Source of the DNA: Monocercomonoides exilis PA203
Lineage: Eukaryota; Protista; Preaxostyla
Length of the DNA stretch: 64,000 bases
Reading direction: 5' to 3'
Assembly (NCBI GenBank): GCA_001643675.2
Contig: LSRY02000071.1
Span: 62,001-126,000 of the forward strand
Shown: positions 61,246 through 64,000 of the stretch, in pieces
Numbering within the stretch: the stretch's first letter is position 1
Layout of the letters: each line of letters begins with the position of its first letter
The notes under the pieces: generated by a model
The model's input: the letters and a program-made list of their open reading frames with translations, nothing else
The model's database searches: none
What the model was told of the DNA's origin: nothing
Program-made: the position numbers and the translations under genes

Positions 61246-62920
61246 TCACGACCAATGAAATCGATCCTCTTCTGCTTCCAAATTTTGTTCATTTCCTTTC
61301 CTCATCATGGCTTCCAGCCGAATAATTCCAACAGCCAAAATATTAAAAATAGACGATGGAGACAATATAATTGAAGATACTAAAACAGAAATTGAAGATA
61401 TTAATGAAGAAGAAGAAGAAGGTGAAAATGTGTCTGAAGGAGATGAAAAAAATAAAAGGAAGAGAATAAAAATACTGCAGAGCAGAGAATAAAAGCAAAA
61501 CAGCTCCTGTTCCAATCACGCTCTTCTCTTTGCCCATTCCAATAACTGAAATCTTCTTTTCTCCAATATCAATCGTTGTTGCTTCGCTTGTGTGATCCCC
61601 TTCCATCAGCGTGACTGACAAGCTTATCTGTATTTCACACATCTCAAACGCCTTCTTCACTGTCAGACACGGATTTGATCCATTTGCCCCGCAAAATGGA
61701 GATGTATCATTCCCACTCACAGAAACATAAATCGTCTTATCCTTCAGCCAATCCTTCTTTTCCTTGTGCTGATATGTCCAACCCTTAGAATCCGTATAAT
61801 CATATCCGTAGCATACTCTCTGATCATCTGTATTTGTTGTGTAACATTCATAGAACGGACTATTCGAGGATAAATACAGGCTATATCGATCTTCATAATA
61901 TACATCATGGCCATGAGGCTGATCTCTTGAACATCTACATCCGTGAAAGAAAAGGAAGAAACAATAATAATCATTGACAGGCGCTGAAGTCTTGTCTGGA
62001 AACAAATCCAATCCCCCGCCATGCGAAAACGCTGTGCACGATATGAATTTGATATTTCTCATTTTGAATTCTGTTGCGGGCACACTTCGACAATACATGC
62101 CTCCGCCATATGAATTTGTGACTGAGCATGAAGTGAAACAGCAGTCAAACACACACGCACTCTCCCCTTCTCCATTTTCTGTTGGGATGCATCCTGCTCC
62201 TGAAACCTGAAAATCATTAAGATAAAGTCCTCCCCCGCCACTGCTTGCTTTGCAAGTCTGGAATTCGCATCCGCTGATCCGAACACATGTTGAAATCGCA
62301 TGAACGCACATTCCTCCGCCAAATTGATTTTGAGCAATACAAGAATTATAAAAGTTGTTTCTGATGTCCACCGATTTGATTGTATGTGCCATGATGGCTC
62401 CTCCATCCCAACTTGCGTAACAGTCATTGAATGCACAATGCGTAACGAACATTTCTCCAGACTTAAGATTATGCATATAAATCGCACCGCCATTCGAACC
62501 GCTATCAGAACCGTCTTGAACATTTCCTGTAGCCTTTGATCCATTCCACTCGCACCAAGTGAATGTATTCGCTATATTTTCTGTAATGCTTTGTCTCTCT
62601 GGCTGTTTCTTATTATCTGCATTTCCTTCACATACAACGTTTTTTGTCCGACAACACCCAATAAATGAAGTGTTTGAGGCAGTCAGAGGGGCCAAGGGAT
62701 TGTTGAGGGAGCGAACAATTCCGCCATCATACACATCGCAGACTGATGAGAATGAGCAGCTGCTCATAAAACATGAGGTTTTGGTTGACGTAGTTGTTTG
62801 AGATGAACATTCCGATGTTGCTGTTGAAATATTGAAAAAAGTGAGCTTGGAAAGGGATACAAGAGGAATGGAACGTGACGAGAGAAATGCCGTTGAAGAT
62901 GAGAAATGCGATTCATTCAC
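61246..62920 (-). CDS. Family copy H' (twin of H; 1-bp difference near 61450 in the tail)
   Basis: 525-aa ORF 61343-62920 plus tail ORF 61246-61515. Confidence 0.75.
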
Positions 62921-64000
62921 TGAAATTCTTCATTTTTTGCCTCCTTCTCTTCCTCATGCCTCTTGGCGCCACGAAGCAAAATATCTAAATAAGCTCAGAT
63001 TCCTTTTTCCAATCTCTTCCGCCCCTTCTTCATCGTCTGCTTTCCCGGTATTCCTTTTCCTTTTGTTTCCATCTTTTGCTCCTAACCTTGTTCCATTCGC
63101 ATCCATTCATTTTGAATATTCACGCAAAAAACCCCTGCTATCATTAAAAAAATATATATTTAATAAAACAAAATTTATAAAAAATACAAAAATATAAAAT
63201 TGTAATAAAAATTTCAATTAATTAATATGAAAAGCCCCGTACCATTTTCTTTTCACCATCTTCCACTTCTTCTTCTCGACTTTTTCTCAAATTTCTTCTT
63301 CTGCCATATCATCAATTCCTTGATCTCATTTTTCGCTTTAAACAAGTTTCATCGTAAATGCCTTCCAAAACCTTCAAATAAAAATATCTTCTTCTCGTTT
63401 CCTTGATATTTCATCCGGCTCATTTCTCATTACTCCCCTCCAATTATTATGTCCTGATTTCTTTTAATGCATCCAATATCCCCTCTTGACATATTCCTTG
63501 TTCATTCATTGCCATTGAGCAGTCCTGTGAAAAAACCTAATTTCATAAATAAAAAATATATAAAAAATTAAAATTAAAAAAATATAAATACGCACCCTTA
63601 TAATGATCATTCTTCTCAAACTTTCTTCTCCTCCTCCAAATATCGTTCCTTTCTGCCTATAGATTCCATCTGTCTCGTCTTCGCTTCACCTCCAATTCCT
63701 CAAAAAATATTAGTCAAAGTCCAACTTCTTGTTCTGCTTCTCTCAAATAACCTCCACAAACTCCATTCTATAAAAAAATGAAAAGACATGAGCATTCTAT
63801 CTGAATAACCCCTTCCCATCCCTTTCCGCTGTATCGCCTTCTTCTTCTCTCCGTTTCCTCCAAAACAACAACAACGCCCCTCCACCACATATCCTCCATC
63901 TCTTCCATAAACAATTGCAAAATTCCTTTCTTTTTCACTCCTTGTAACACCTTTTCCCATCATCCTTCTCTAATCAAAAAATAAATACCTCCATCCTTTT

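Larger units (their letters stand above)
51597..64000. repeat. Giant palindrome P4: arms <=51597-57667 / 57928->=64000 (runs off the window); spacer 57668-57927
   Basis: Identical mirror ORFs 51634-51897(+)/63700-63963(-), 53052-53537(+)/62059-62544(-) and 54718-55011(+)/60584-60877(-). Confidence 0.97.

Noticed and set aside
3273-62920. Diversity-generating retroelement as the source of core variation
   Set aside because: No reverse transcriptase ORF and no template/variable repeat pair differing only at adenines was seen. The variation includes indels and block swaps.
1-64000. Numerous 60-200 aa ORFs antisense to or overlapping family genes, or in AT-rich and low-complexity DNA
   Set aside because: They are shadow frames of the family genes or stop-poor repeats. 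Their duplication is explained by the palindromes, not by coding conservation.

Overview
AT-rich eukaryotic-style DNA with short GT-AG intron-like elements, Ser/Glu/Lys low-complexity tracts and no operons. The gene family and composition resemble the oxymonad Monocercomonoides; this is from recall and was not verified. The window holds 13 copies (9 distinct variants, here A-I) of a Cys/Gly-rich F-x-x-C...GGG repeat protein, probably a right-handed beta-helix (Pmp/pectin-lyase-like). The copies have open ~1.2-1.7 kb cores but decayed 5' and truncated 3' ends, and they are patchworks of one another. Four near-perfect giant palindromes cover about half the window: axes at ~1658, ~35780, ~45365 and ~57797, arms of >=1.56, 4.8, 3.3 and >=6.07 kb. 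Each axis lies in AT-rich DNA 3' of a family gene, so the genes are duplicated tail-to-tail. Each axis also lies ~105-130 bp from a shared motif (~ATGGGTGATTATTTTTGAAAT), clear at P1-P3 and degenerate at P4. The same motif forms the inverted ends of a ~260 bp unit found unfolded at 16.16-16.42, 16.82-17.08 and 44.72-44.99 kb. Candidate system: site-directed fold-back amplification of a mosaic surface-protein cassette archive. A long-read or whole-genome-amplification fold-back artefact cannot be excluded from sequence alone. One 1875-aa low-complexity ORF lies at 20.1-25.7 kb.
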